Source: Acidobacteriota bacterium (GTDB lineage: Bacteria; Acidobacteriota; UBA6911; RPQK01; JADFOI01). Taken from it: a stretch of DNA of 64,000 bases. Of the stretch, positions 19,747 to 29,233 are shown one piece after another; within the stretch, counting starts at the first letter, position 1; every line of letters begins with the position of its first letter. The stretch covers positions 2,560,001-2,624,000 of the forward strand of contig OY760074.1 of the NCBI GenBank assembly GCA_963663035.1, read 5' to 3'. A program made the position numbers and the translations under genes. The notes below the pieces were generated by a model. That model made no database searches. It worked only from the letters and a program-made list of their open reading frames with translations, and was not told the origin of the DNA.

Positions 19747-21213
19747 TCACAGGCTGGGACGCCTTTCATGCCAGTGATTTTCAGATTCATAGGCAAAGGC
19801 CACACGATAGATCATTTCTTCCTCAAAAGGCCTTGCTGCAATCTGCAGCCCGACCGGAAGTCCTGGAGGAGAAGTGGAAAAGCCGGCCGGCAGAGCCAGC
19901 GCCGGAAAGCCACTGCAATTAAACATTTTGGCGAAGTCCTGTGCCAGTCCGGATTGCGGTCTCTCACCAGCAGGAGCGGGTCTCCCAGGCGTGATAAAGA
20001 CATCAAAGGAGCGAAACAGTTCGTGCATTTCCTTCATAAAGACCTTCCGCAACTTTTGCGCCCGCAGATATTCCACGGCCGGAATGAGAGCACCGACTTC
20101 GGCCTCTGCCCTCGGTCGTCCGGAATCTCCATAGCGGTCAGCCTGACGAGCCAGAAAATATTCGTGATAGGAGGCAGCTTCACAGATCCGGATCACTCGT
20201 TGACCGGAGTCCATCGCTTGAAGGGTGGAAGGCATTCCGACCTCCACGACCTGGGCGCCTAATCTCCTGTAAACCTCCAAAGCGTCCTCAAAGGCTTTGC
20301 TGCACTCGGCGTGAAAAGGTTCGATCAAGGAGTGTTTGGGGATACCGATACGAAGACCCCTCACGCCTCCTCTTAAAGCCTTGGTGTAATCCGGGATTGG
20401 AACATCGGCGGTGTAATCGTCCAGCGGATCATGGCCAGCCATGACATTGAGCATCAGTGCATTATCTTCCACCGTGCGTGTCATGGGACCGATGTGATCC
20501 AGGGTCCAACTAATGGGAATGATGCCATAGCGGCTGACCAGACCAAATGTGGCCTTCATCCCCACCACATTGCACAAGGTGGAAGGGTGTCGGATGGAGT
20601 TTGAGGTGTCCCCTCCGGTGGCTCCGGTGAGCATGCCCGCTGCCAGGGCCACGGCAGAACCACCGCTGGACCCCCCAGGGGTTCTGGTGAGATCCCAGGG
20701 ATTCTTGGAAGGAGTGTCGCCGCCCATCGAGAAAGGGGGAAGCTTGGTCTTTCCGATCAGGATGGCACCCGCCTCCTTCAACCGATCCACCACCGTGGCA
20801 TCGTGAGTGGGAAAGAAGTCATCCAGCAGCGGAGACCCGCCGGTTGTTTTGATCCCTTTGGAATAGTGAGTGTCCTTCACCCCCACGGGAATCCCGTGCA
20901 AAGGTCCTCGGTATTGACGACTCCCAATCTCTTGTTCGGCCAAGCGCGCTGCCTGCAAAGCCTCATCTCGGGCCAGGGTGATGAAAGCCTGAACCTTTGG
21001 TTCCACCTCATCGATTCGTTCGAACACGGCCTGGATCAGCTCAACCGGTGAGAGCTGCCTTGTGCGGATCAATTCTGCGGCCTGAACGATGCTCAGATAA
21101 GGCAAATCACCGCTGGCGGAAGCGGCTCCCTGCGACTGTGCCGATCTTGTGGAACGAGAAGCGACCGCCCCAGCAAGAGACCCCTGAAGAAAAGTACGTC
21201 TGGTAACACTCAT
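19747..21213 (-). CDS. Amidase signature family enzyme with Tat signal
   Basis: TRRTFL Tat motif; GPLHGIPVGVKD, PGGSSGGS, GGDTSNSIRHP, GLPVGLQI. Confidence 0.9.
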   Translation of the reverse strand: MSVTRRTFLQGSLAGAVASRSTRSAQSQGAASASGDLPYLSIVQAAELIRTRQLSPVELIQAVFERIDEVEPKVQAFITLARDEALQAARLAEQEIGSRQYRGPLHGIPVGVKDTHYSKGIKTTGGSPLLDDFFPTHDATVVDRLKEAGAILIGKTKLPPFSMGGDTPSKNPWDLTRTPGGSSGGSAVALAAGMLTGATGGDTSNSIRHPSTLCNVVGMKATFGLVSRYGIIPISWTLDHIGPMTRTVEDNALMLNVMAGHDPLDDYTADVPIPDYTKALRGGVRGLRIGIPKHSLIEPFHAECSKAFEDALEVYRRLGAQVVEVGMPSTLQAMDSGQRVIRICEAASYHEYFLARQADRYGDSGRPRAEAEVGALIPAVEYLRAQKLRKVFMKEMHELFRSFDVFITPGRPAPAGERPQSGLAQDFAKMFNCSGFPALALPAGFSTSPPGLPVGLQIAARPFEEEMIYRVAFAYESENHWHERRPSL

Positions 21214-21252
21214 CTCGATACCCCCTCTTAATGGTTACTGGTGCCGAGGCAC

Positions 21253-21456
21253 TTAACCTTTCTCGAGTCGGAAAGCGGGAATCGGATCGTCCTCCAACTC
21301 CAGCTCCACCTCATGCACGGCATCTACAGCCACCAGGTGCCTTTTCAAGGTAGCAAGGTCCTTGTCCAACCTGTCCTCGCTCAAATCCAACCCTGCTATT
21401 TTGGCCATGTGCCTCATTGCCTCTTTGAGTTCCTCATCCGTCATATTTTCATGCAT
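21253..21456 (-). CDS. Small GatC/AtzG-like amidase partner protein
   Basis: 67 aa, MAKIAGLDLSEDRL...PIPAF; directly upstream of the amidase. Confidence 0.65.
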   Translation of the reverse strand: MHENMTDEELKEAMRHMAKIAGLDLSEDRLDKDLATLKRHLVAVDAVHEVELELEDDPIPAFRLEKG

Positions 21457-21518
21457 GGTTTGTTTCTCCCCAATCCATAAGCATCGACTCTCCCCTGGCC
21501 CGCTTCACTTCAGGGGAA

Positions 21519-22037
21519 CTATTGAGGGCCACGAGTCTCAACGAGATAGTCGGCCATAGTGTTGATCTCCTCCTCTGTCCAGAGCGCGCCCCGTCCCACC
21601 ATCCGGTAAAGTGTTCCTTCCCAGCCGCGACGATCCTGTCTGAGGTCACTCCACATCCCCTCACCATGACACTGAAAACACTTGTCCGTGAAAAGCTCTG
21701 CTGCTGCCGACTGGGGGGGAGCAGAACCCATCTGACCTCCATAGTGTTCACCCAGATAGCTGACAATGGTGTCGATTTCCTCGGGGAACATCTGAGCTCC
21801 TCTGGAAATCATCTCATTCACTTTCTCTTCCCATTCCTCGCTGCTTTTCCGCTGCGTCAGGACGTTCCCCAGCGTATGACATCCTGAACAGATGCTGGCA
21901 ACCATTTGTTTCCCCTGGCCTTCGGGCATCGACTCCACCAGCTCAGGTTCTCCCTGCTGCAAGATCGCCAACACCGGGACCATGAGAAAAAATCCAAGGC
22001 AGATCACCGCCGTCACGACTTTAAGCTTGTCTACCAT
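21519..22037 (-). CDS. Periplasmic dihaem cytochrome c
   Basis: Signal; CSGCH and CFQCH, each followed by W...M-x-x-RGA repeat domain. Confidence 0.88.
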   Translation of the reverse strand: MVDKLKVVTAVICLGFFLMVPVLAILQQGEPELVESMPEGQGKQMVASICSGCHTLGNVLTQRKSSEEWEEKVNEMISRGAQMFPEEIDTIVSYLGEHYGGQMGSAPPQSAAAELFTDKCFQCHGEGMWSDLRQDRRGWEGTLYRMVGRGALWTEEEINTMADYLVETRGPQ

Positions 22038-22145
22038 ACCAAACTCCTTCTCCGCGCAATTCTGTGCAACTGTAGTTCTTGGCGTAGCTTTGAAATATCA
22101 CCATTCTCACAGCCATGTCAACCGGAAAGAAGACTCCTCTTCTCA

Positions 22146-22294
22146 AGCCGGAATTATGCATAGATTATCTACTGCAGTGCCACAAACATCCACGCTGACT
22201 TCGTTGTGCGACCCGCAAGCGGGTACCCCTCGCACGCCTTGTCATCGCGGCGCCTGCGGCACTTCGTCACGAAAACCTATGCATAATCCCGGCT
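22146..22294. repeat. MITE-like structured repeat, copy B
   Basis: AGCCGGAATTATGCATAG...CTATGCATAATCCCGGCT with shared core GCGACCCGCAAGCGGGTACCCCTCGC. Confidence 0.8.
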
Positions 22295-22426
22295 TTAGTT
22301 CCTCACCACCTCCTCAAAAACCCGCAGCAGGTTTTCCCCCATGATCTTAGCCACATCCTCGCTGTAACCTCTTCCTAACAGGGCCTGGGCAATATTCTGG
22401 TACTCCCCTGCGTTTTCAATTCCCTT
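22295..22426 (-). pseudogene. C-terminal relic of an M19 dipeptidase paralogue
   Basis: Translates KGIENAGEYQNIAQALLGRGYSEDVAKIMGENLLRVFEEVVRN*, nearly identical to the C-terminus encoded at ~39271-39400. Confidence 0.85.
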
Positions 22427-22428
22427 AC

Positions 22429-22570
22429 TGTGTCGATGCCAGATCTCAATCCACTTAAAAAACCACTCTCAAACCAAGCTGAATCTCGCGCGGACTGTTG
22501 GTCACGTCCTCGATAAATCTGGCGCTGCTGCGTGGGGATCCGCTTCGACTGAAGACCTCCGTGTTTGGCA
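22429..22570 (-). pseudogene. 3' relic (plus 3' flank) of a TonB-dependent receptor paralogue
   Basis: PNTEVFSRSGS...FIEDVTNSPREIQLGLRVVF*; near-identical DNA to 33510-33650 including downstream non-coding bases. Confidence 0.88.
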
Positions 22571-22673
22571 TAGCCGGATCGTCACGTTTCAGATGGCGGA
22601 GGTAGCGGTAAGCGAGGAGACATGGGCCGAGAGGTTGTCTCGGATTGACCGCTTGAGATGGATGACAGTCTAG
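22569..22673 (+). mobile_element. IS1380-family transposase C-terminal relic
   Basis: HSRIVTFQMAEVAVSEETWAERLSRIDRLRWMTV* resembles the VTFQMAEVAV tail typical of IS1380 transposases (recalled, not searched). Confidence 0.65.
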
Positions 22674-22910
22674 CGCCAAGTGTTTCTGATCAAGATGGCT
22701 GGAGAGGTGTCTGAACTGATCGGATTCTAACTAAAGCACCTTAATAATCCAGGGATCAGATGCGCTTTTCAGCCGAAAAATGAGGAAAGAACAGTTGATT
22801 CAAGGTTGGGGAGTGGATAGGCTTCGGTCATTCATTACCAGTTGGCTTGAGGACTTATATCCGAAGCTAATATTGAGGAATGTCAGTTTTTATCGCAGGA
22901 GGTCTTCACC

Positions 22911-23546
22911 ATGATCCAGCATGCATCCAAGCAGACACGTTTACTTTTTACGTTCTGGGCAGCTGTGATCTGTGCCCTTTTCTCGACATCTCTTTTTGCC
23001 CACGTGGCCATCTTTCCGCAGACGATTGCGGCAGGCACCCGTCACCACAACTTTTACATACGGGCGCCGGTTGAGAAAGACATTCCGGTGGTAGAGATGG
23101 GCTTTGAGGTGGATGAACGATGGCTCGAAAACCGGGGAAGTTTTGATTTCCAGCACGTAGCGGATTGGGACCTGCACGTGGAGTTAAACGAAGACGAAAG
23201 GGTCCATAAGGCATGGTGGACGGCAAAAGGAGAGGGAGCCTTGGCGGGAACCTTCCAGTTGATTTTCATGCGTGTGAATGTTCCTAGTACGCCTGGGGTG
23301 TATAACTTCGTTGCCTGGCAAAAGTACTCAGATGGAAGCGAGGTGTGGTGGAACGAAGTGCGAGGAGAAGAGGGTGTCAGTACCCCCTGGGCAAACGTGA
23401 CGGTAGAAGCAGAGCCCCTCTTTGGAGCTGGGCCTCTTGAGATAAGCGTGGCGGGCTTTGCCTTCCTGGCTCTGGCACTTTCTTTCTATGCTTTGGCTAC
23501 TGTGAGAAAGCTGCTGGCTTCAGGAAATCAAAAGGCGGATTCGTAG
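22911..23546 (+). CDS. YcnI family (DUF1775) copper-binding protein, paralogue 2
   Basis: LFA-HV, RAPVEKDIP, WQKYSDGSEVWW, C-terminal TM. Confidence 0.85.
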   Translation: MIQHASKQTRLLFTFWAAVICALFSTSLFAHVAIFPQTIAAGTRHHNFYIRAPVEKDIPVVEMGFEVDERWLENRGSFDFQHVADWDLHVELNEDERVHKAWWTAKGEGALAGTFQLIFMRVNVPSTPGVYNFVAWQKYSDGSEVWWNEVRGEEGVSTPWANVTVEAEPLFGAGPLEISVAGFAFLALALSFYALATVRKLLASGNQKADS

Positions 23547-23649
23547 CACGCGCACACGTTCCTGATTGTCTTCAGGCGGGTAGCAGGGGTACCAGTTGCG
23601 ACCGAACCTGGTCGATCGAATCCTGGTTTAGAACGGAAATGTGGGAAAC

Positions 23650-23691
23650 AAAAAGGGCCCGCCACGAAACTTCGTGACGGGCCCTTTTTTT
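23650..23691. terminator. Bidirectional intrinsic terminator
   Basis: A5-GGGCCCGCCACGAA-ac-TTCGTGACGGGCCC-T7 between convergent genes. Confidence 0.88.
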
Positions 23692-23715
23692 GTTCCCTTC
23701 TTGTCAGACGTTTGT

Positions 23716-26700
23716 CTAAAACAGGATTCTGAGACCGAACTGAATCTGGCGCGGCCTGGTGGTGAGTGACCTCAGCTCCCCGGCGTTGCTTCGGACCCTG
23801 CCATCGTCGCGGAAGAGGTTAGTCCGGGGCGCACGGAAGTTGGCCCGGTTGAAGGCGTTGAAAAATTCGGCCCGAAACTGCACATTTATGTCTTCCGTGA
23901 TCTGATTGTTCTTGGTCAAAGAAAGATCGATATTTGCTATACCCGGTGCGATCAGGGTGTTGCGTCCCACATTACCGATGGTGACGATTTCACCGAAGTT
24001 GGGAGAAGCGGGGTCAGTGTTCGCAGGAGGTGGCCTGAAACCTGAAACATCGAAGTAGTGAAGATGATCTTTCGTTCCTAGGACCGGACTGAGGCTGTTA
24101 CCCGGAATAAGGTCGGGCATCTGCTGGCGAAGCTCCAGGTCATCGACAAAATCAGAAGCCGACATAGTGATGGTTTGCGCTGGCCCATCTGCCAGTCTCA
24201 CGATAGTGCTCAGCTGCCAGCCGCCTAGAACCGTATTCACCGCGTTGTTCCAACTGTTCCCCAAGGCCTTGCCCTGCCCGAAGGGAAGCTCAATAACGCT
24301 GCTGGCTGAGAAGGCATTTTGCACATGAAATGCGGCCAGGCTTCTGCGCAGGTCGGGCTCCGGATAGTAGCTGACGCCGCCGCCCTGGTTGCTAAAGCTG
24401 CCATTGACCTGGGAGCTTTCATCGATGGTCCTGGAGAAAGTGTAGGAAACCTGCAGCTGCCAGCCATCTCGAAAGCGGCGCTGAAAACCTGTTTGAAGGC
24501 TATGGTACCAGGAATCGACGGAGGTCTCTTGGCTGAGCAGGCACAAATCCGCTATCGCGGGGGCCGTGTTGCGCACCGTTGCATCGTCTGCATACACCAG
24601 GCGGCCATTGACGTTGTCGGCAACACCCATATTGATGCAGGTCTGGTGGAACAGGTTCAAGCCTCGAGAGCCGGCATAGCCGATTGTCACTGCGGCTCCG
24701 GGCAGAACCTCGTGCTGAATGTTGAGATTCCACTGGTACGTATGAGGATTCTTCATATAGTCATAGGCAAACGGCTGGATATCCTCACTCCCAATTCCCT
24801 GTTCTGTCACTTGGCGGTAGACACCGTTTGGGTCATCCCCGGGAGCAAAGGTCCCGTTTAAGCCACTGCGAAAGTTCTGCTCCCTCATATGGGGAGTGTT
24901 GCGAAAGCCGGCCCGCCGGAAGGCACCCGGTTGGATGTGATTGTAAAAGAGTCCGGCGCCCAGCCGGAAGGCGGTCTTTCCAGATCCGGTGGGATCATAG
25001 GCGAAGCCGATTCGAGGCATGAAACTCTTCACTGAAGGATTTTCAAACCAGGAATCACCATTCTTGCCATTGACGGTGACGCCAGTGTCGGTCAGGGGAC
25101 TCTTCATGTTGGAAAGTTTTCCGTCCGCTTCCGTGGGCACGGTGAAAAACTCGTGGCGGAGGCCCAGGTTGGCGGTGAGTTTGGGAGAAATTTGCCAGTC
25201 ATCCTGGAGGTACCAGGCTATGATGTCGGTATGGAAGTCCCTTATGCCGTCGGAATCCTCCAGAAGATTCCCGCGAAATCGACTGGGTTGGTTGAACATA
25301 AAGCGCACCATGTTGGAAAAGGAAAAATCCCCGGCAATACGGGACGGGTTCTCGCCGCCGAAGTCCACGCGATGCCAGGAGAACCCTGCTTTCAGAGAGT
25401 GAGGGCCCGTGTTGTAAATGATATCGTCCTGCCATTGGTAGTTGGTGGTTTTGGCAAACGTCCAGCCATTGGCTCCTCCTGCCGGCGCTGACACGCCTGC
25501 AGCGGAAAGGCCGCCAGGATTATACTCACCCATAGTCGGCTGTTTACTCTCTTCAGTACCGAAAGTTGGGGTTTTAAATTTATCTAGCGGAATAAAGTTA
25601 AGAGCGGGGTTGCAACAACCGTCCTGTTCAGTAGATGTCGCAAAATTCTGGCGGCGACCGATGCCAACACGAGCGATGTTCAGGAGTTGAGGCGAGAAGA
25701 TATGTTTCTCCTCGAAGGTCGAAAAGTCATTCTCGACAATCTCCGCTGTGCTCCAAAAAGGAATATCATGGATCGCATTTCGGTCGGAGTCCTGCCAGGT
25801 ATAGCGCCCGAAAATGGAGTCAGACTCGGAGAAGTTGTGATCGACTCGGAGCTGATAATAGTCTTCGCTCACTGGACGGGGTGTATCGAACCTCTCTTCA
25901 GTTGTTCCATCTTCTTGGTCGATTGTATTGGACGCGGCTAGAGGATAAAAGTCAGTCGTCAGGTAGCGAAGAACGCCGGGGTCAAAGGCCGCGAACTGGC
26001 GCATGTCGGCCAGAGGGGCGCCTTCGTCAATGCTCGGCCTGCCCCTTGAATCCAAGACGATATCGCCATTGCTATCAACCTCGAGCGGCAGAAAGCCATT
26101 CCGTGTGGCGTCGGTGGGAAGGGTGCGCGACCGCGCTTGGGCCTTCCGCTCTCGCATGCCTTCGAAATTAAAAAAGAAGAAGGTTTGATTTTCAATAATG
26201 GGGCCTCCGATGCTGAACCCATACTGATTGCGGATGAACTCCGCTTTTTCTAGGCCCGCGTCCAGCTTGCTGAAGAAGTCGGAGGCATCCAGATTGTCGT
26301 TGCGAATATATTCATAGATGGAGCCATGAAACTCGTTGCCGCCGGCCTTGCTGACCACGTTGATTACGCCTCCCGCGGCACCTCCAAACTGGGCACTGTA
26401 GGAATTCCTTTCGACCCTGAACTCCTGGACGGCTTCCCCACCCAGAAAACTTCCTGAGACACCTGCCGGAACACCTTGGTCGGAACCCTTCACCGAACTG
26501 CCGTCCAGCAATACCGCCGAGTCGTGGGGGCGAGCGCCGCCGACAGACACCCTCTGGGAGTAGCCGTTGTTGACACCTCCTTCACCCAGACCACCGGCTG
26601 TGGTGACATGGACGGCTCCGGGCTGCAGCGTCATCAGTGAGGTCAGGTCCCGTCCATTGAGAGGAAGCTCCAGAACCGTGTGGCGGTCCACCAGAGAGCC

Positions 26701-27093
26701 CAGGGCGCCCGAGGTGGTCTCCACCAGGGGAGCTTCACCGGTCACGGTCACCCGCTCGGTGATCTCTCCTACGTTCAGGTTGAAGTTCACCACAGCGCGT
26801 CGGCCGATGGTCAGCTCAATACCCGTGCGGACCTCAGTCTGAAAGCCGGGCAGGCTTGCCGCAATCTCATAGTCGCCCAAGTTCAAATTCGGCGCCAGGT
26901 ATCTGCCCTCATCATCGCTGATGACGGTCCTGCTAATCGCGGTGTCCAGGTGGGTGACCGTTACTTCGGTTCCCGGCAGTACAGCACCCGTGGCATCCTG
27001 GACGGTTCCCAAGACCGTACCCGTAGTGACCTGGGCCCAGGCCAGAGAAAAGTGAAAAGTCACGACTAACAGTATGGAAAATACTTTAGCCAT
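23716..27093 (-). CDS. TonB-dependent receptor 1 (carboxypeptidase-regulatory-like N-domain, Oar/acidobacterial type)
   Basis: GTVQDATGAVLPG, ELPLNGR, AVQEF, NEFHGS, LQDDWQ, RQIQFGLRILF; start at 27093 after GGGAGG. Confidence 0.93.
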   Translation of the reverse strand: MAKVFSILLVVTFHFSLAWAQVTTGTVLGTVQDATGAVLPGTEVTVTHLDTAISRTVISDDEGRYLAPNLNLGDYEIAASLPGFQTEVRTGIELTIGRRAVVNFNLNVGEITERVTVTGEAPLVETTSGALGSLVDRHTVLELPLNGRDLTSLMTLQPGAVHVTTAGGLGEGGVNNGYSQRVSVGGARPHDSAVLLDGSSVKGSDQGVPAGVSGSFLGGEAVQEFRVERNSYSAQFGGAAGGVINVVSKAGGNEFHGSIYEYIRNDNLDASDFFSKLDAGLEKAEFIRNQYGFSIGGPIIENQTFFFFNFEGMRERKAQARSRTLPTDATRNGFLPLEVDSNGDIVLDSRGRPSIDEGAPLADMRQFAAFDPGVLRYLTTDFYPLAASNTIDQEDGTTEERFDTPRPVSEDYYQLRVDHNFSESDSIFGRYTWQDSDRNAIHDIPFWSTAEIVENDFSTFEEKHIFSPQLLNIARVGIGRRQNFATSTEQDGCCNPALNFIPLDKFKTPTFGTEESKQPTMGEYNPGGLSAAGVSAPAGGANGWTFAKTTNYQWQDDIIYNTGPHSLKAGFSWHRVDFGGENPSRIAGDFSFSNMVRFMFNQPSRFRGNLLEDSDGIRDFHTDIIAWYLQDDWQISPKLTANLGLRHEFFTVPTEADGKLSNMKSPLTDTGVTVNGKNGDSWFENPSVKSFMPRIGFAYDPTGSGKTAFRLGAGLFYNHIQPGAFRRAGFRNTPHMREQNFRSGLNGTFAPGDDPNGVYRQVTEQGIGSEDIQPFAYDYMKNPHTYQWNLNIQHEVLPGAAVTIGYAGSRGLNLFHQTCINMGVADNVNGRLVYADDATVRNTAPAIADLCLLSQETSVDSWYHSLQTGFQRRFRDGWQLQVSYTFSRTIDESSQVNGSFSNQGGGVSYYPEPDLRRSLAAFHVQNAFSASSVIELPFGQGKALGNSWNNAVNTVLGGWQLSTIVRLADGPAQTITMSASDFVDDLELRQQMPDLIPGNSLSPVLGTKDHLHYFDVSGFRPPPANTDPASPNFGEIVTIGNVGRNTLIAPGIANIDLSLTKNNQITEDINVQFRAEFFNAFNRANFRAPRTNLFRDDGRVRSNAGELRSLTTRPRQIQFGLRILF

Positions 27094-27104
27094 GGTGCCC
27101 TCCC

Positions 27105-28484
27105 GAGGTTCCGTCAATAAGTGTGTAAATAGACATCAGGCGGCTTTCTCCTGGGTGACTGGGTTGACTGGAACTCCATTGACATATTGGGCTCCTTGGT
27201 AGACATCCTTCATCAAGTGGGGAGCCTTCAAACGGCGAAATCTCTTCTCAGCGACCAGCAGCATCTTCCAGATGACAGCCCGTGCGTTGGCCACTTTCTT
27301 GAACCTTCGAGCAGCATCGGTTCGCAGTCGCAGAGCAGAGAAGGGAGACTCCACTGGGTTGGTAGTCCGCAGATGTTGCCACTGCTGTTTGGGATAGTTG
27401 TAAAACGTCACCATCCGCTCCCAGTCCTGGTCGATCAGATCAGCCGCTGCCTCCAGGCCTCTCTTGCTACACCAATGTTGGAATCGTCCTTTGACTCGCT
27501 CGGCTTCCTGCCGTGTTTCTGCATAAGGGATCTGCCGCAACATCAACAAGGCCGCTTTGTGCCGACTCTTGGGGATCTTGGCCAGCAAGTTGACGATGCG
27601 ATGATTCCAGCATCTCTGCTCGTCGGCTTCTGGGAACACGTTGCGCAACGCTCCCCAGATCCCCAGATGCCCGTCAGCGATCACCAGACGGGGTGGGTTC
27701 ATCCCCCGCTCTTTGAGATCCCGCAGCACTTCGGACCAGCTCTGGGTCGATTCTCGATAACCACTACTGACGGACACCACCACTTTAGTGCCATCACTTA
27801 AAGCGGCGATCACTACCAGAATCACGGCCTTCTCCTTCTCCAGCCCTGCTTTGATGTACACGCCGTCCGCCCACAAATACACGACTTCCAGATCATCCAG
27901 CCGACGGCTCTGCCAGGCCTCCATTTCTCCCTGCCACTTCTGTTTCAACCGGGCTACGGTGCTGGGGGACAGCGGCGCTTCTTCCCCTAAAAGCCCTCTC
28001 AAGGCCAGATCGAAATCCCCCTCGGCCAGACCATGTAAATAGAGTTCTGGAATCAAGTCTCGTACCTCTCGCGTTCGCTTGGCAAACAGCGGCAAGACCC
28101 GGCTCTCAAAACGCTCTTCCAGATCCCGCACTCGGGGACGCCGCAGCTTGATCGTTCCGCAACTCATCGTCAGTCGCCGCTCCTTGCCGTAGCCGTTGCG
28201 ATAGCCACCGGAGGCGTCCACTTCTCGGCGACGCTCATTCTTTCTTCGTCCCAGCAGCTGTGTCACTTCATCCTCCAGCAGTTCCTGTACGTAAAACTGG
28301 ATCTGCTCTCGCACCCACTCTTCCAGCTGTTCAAAGCAGACTCTTGACTCCACACTGTGATCAATGTTCTTCTTGCTCATGGCGGTGTGACTCCTTCCTT
28401 TCGGGCTCTTCCGCCCGGGTTTTTATTTTCACCCGGAAGGATAATCACCGCCTGTGCTATTTACACACCTTTTGAGGGTAGCTC
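27105..28484 (-). mobile_element. Complete IS256-family element with 8-bp target duplication
   Basis: Imperfect IRs GAG..CAA.A.GTGTGTAAATAG at both ends; TSD GCCCTCCC at 27097-27104 and 28485-28492. Confidence 0.93.
27136..28380 (-). CDS. IS256 family transposase
   Basis: YRNGY, PRVRD, YLWADG, IADGHLG, QRCWNH, LRTTNPVES. Confidence 0.95.
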   Translation of the reverse strand: MSKKNIDHSVESRVCFEQLEEWVREQIQFYVQELLEDEVTQLLGRRKNERRREVDASGGYRNGYGKERRLTMSCGTIKLRRPRVRDLEERFESRVLPLFAKRTREVRDLIPELYLHGLAEGDFDLALRGLLGEEAPLSPSTVARLKQKWQGEMEAWQSRRLDDLEVVYLWADGVYIKAGLEKEKAVILVVIAALSDGTKVVVSVSSGYRESTQSWSEVLRDLKERGMNPPRLVIADGHLGIWGALRNVFPEADEQRCWNHRIVNLLAKIPKSRHKAALLMLRQIPYAETRQEAERVKGRFQHWCSKRGLEAAADLIDQDWERMVTFYNYPKQQWQHLRTTNPVESPFSALRLRTDAARRFKKVANARAVIWKMLLVAEKRFRRLKAPHLMKDVYQGAQYVNGVPVNPVTQEKAA

Positions 28485-28551
28485 GCCCTCCCTCTCAGTT
28501 GAAGTGGCTAGCTTAAAACTGGATGTTGTACCTCAAACAAAACTTGTCTGA

Positions 28552-28580
28552 CTAATACACCTTATCCAACTACCTGTCAA
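28552..28580 (-). promoter_or_regulatory. Sigma70-like promoter, native promoter of TonB receptor 1
   Basis: TTGACA-17 nt-TATTAG on the minus strand; same ggtgTATTA context as the promoter at 36816-36844. Confidence 0.7.
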
Positions 28581-28599
28581 GCAAGAAATCGACATTCCT

Positions 28600-28722
28600 C
28601 ATGGTGATGAAGAATTCATCGACGTGCCAGATGTCGCCGAGTCTTCCCTGTTTACGACGCAGAGTTCGAGAGTAGGATGGTCCGAATTTCTGACACCAGT
28701 ATCGGATCGCTTCGTAGGAGAC
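28600..28722 (-). mobile_element. IS6-family transposase relic
   Basis: VSYEAIRYWCQKFGPSYSRTLRRKQGRLGDIWHVDEFFITM matches the IS6 N-terminal motif. Confidence 0.8.
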
Positions 28723-28760
28723 AAGAAGGAGCGGGCGGGGGAACGAGCATGCCTTATCTG

Positions 28761-28808
28761 GGGTTGAGCGGACTTCTTGGAGGTCTGGTCGGGGCGGGCT
28801 TGGTCCTT
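28761..28808. repeat. 48-bp imperfect direct repeat, left of the copper cassette
   Basis: 41/48 identical by eye to 32428-32475. Confidence 0.75.
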
Positions 28809-28876
28809 GTGATCCGTAGAAGCCTGTGATATAAAATTGATTTTGGATCAAGGAGAGGATTCGATAAGGAGAGGAC

Positions 28877-29218
28877 ATGAAACTGAGTTCGTCCTCATTG
28901 GCGACTCTTGCCGTCCTTCTGCTGGTGATCCAGGGGAGTCCGCAGCAGGTGCAGGAGGCTACCGTTAAAGTGACCGAAAAGGGCTATGAGCCAGCTGAGC
29001 TTAAGCTTCAGCTGGGGGTTCCGGCCCGGCTGACGTTTGTACGCGAAACGGACAAAACCTGTGGAACTGAAGTCGTCCTTCCGGAATACCACATCGAGCG
29101 CGCACTGCCGCTGAATGAGCGCGTAGTCATTGAGTTCACACCGCAAAAGTCCGGAACATTTGGGTTCGCTTGCGGCATGAATATGCTGAAAGGCAGGCTG
29201 GTCATTTCCGAAAACTAG
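28877..29218 (+). CDS. Cupredoxin-domain protein (CupA-like)
   Basis: Signal; GYEPAEL, CGTEV, FACGMNMLKG. Confidence 0.88.
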   Translation: MKLSSSSLATLAVLLLVIQGSPQQVQEATVKVTEKGYEPAELKLQLGVPARLTFVRETDKTCGTEVVLPEYHIERALPLNERVVIEFTPQKSGTFGFACGMNMLKGRLVISEN

Positions 29219-29233
29219 GAGCCCGCTTTTCCT

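Noticed and set aside
19747-21456. gatCA tRNA amidotransferase
   Set aside because: No gatB, Tat signal on the amidase, divergent motif
27105-27120. IS256 hybrid promoter from outward TTGACG
   Set aside because: The position 17 bp downstream falls at the start codon with no -10 match
28485-28551. Cobalamin or other riboswitch ahead of TonB receptors
   Set aside because: Leaders are short and I saw no B12-box or other recognisable aptamer; an Rfam scan would be decisive
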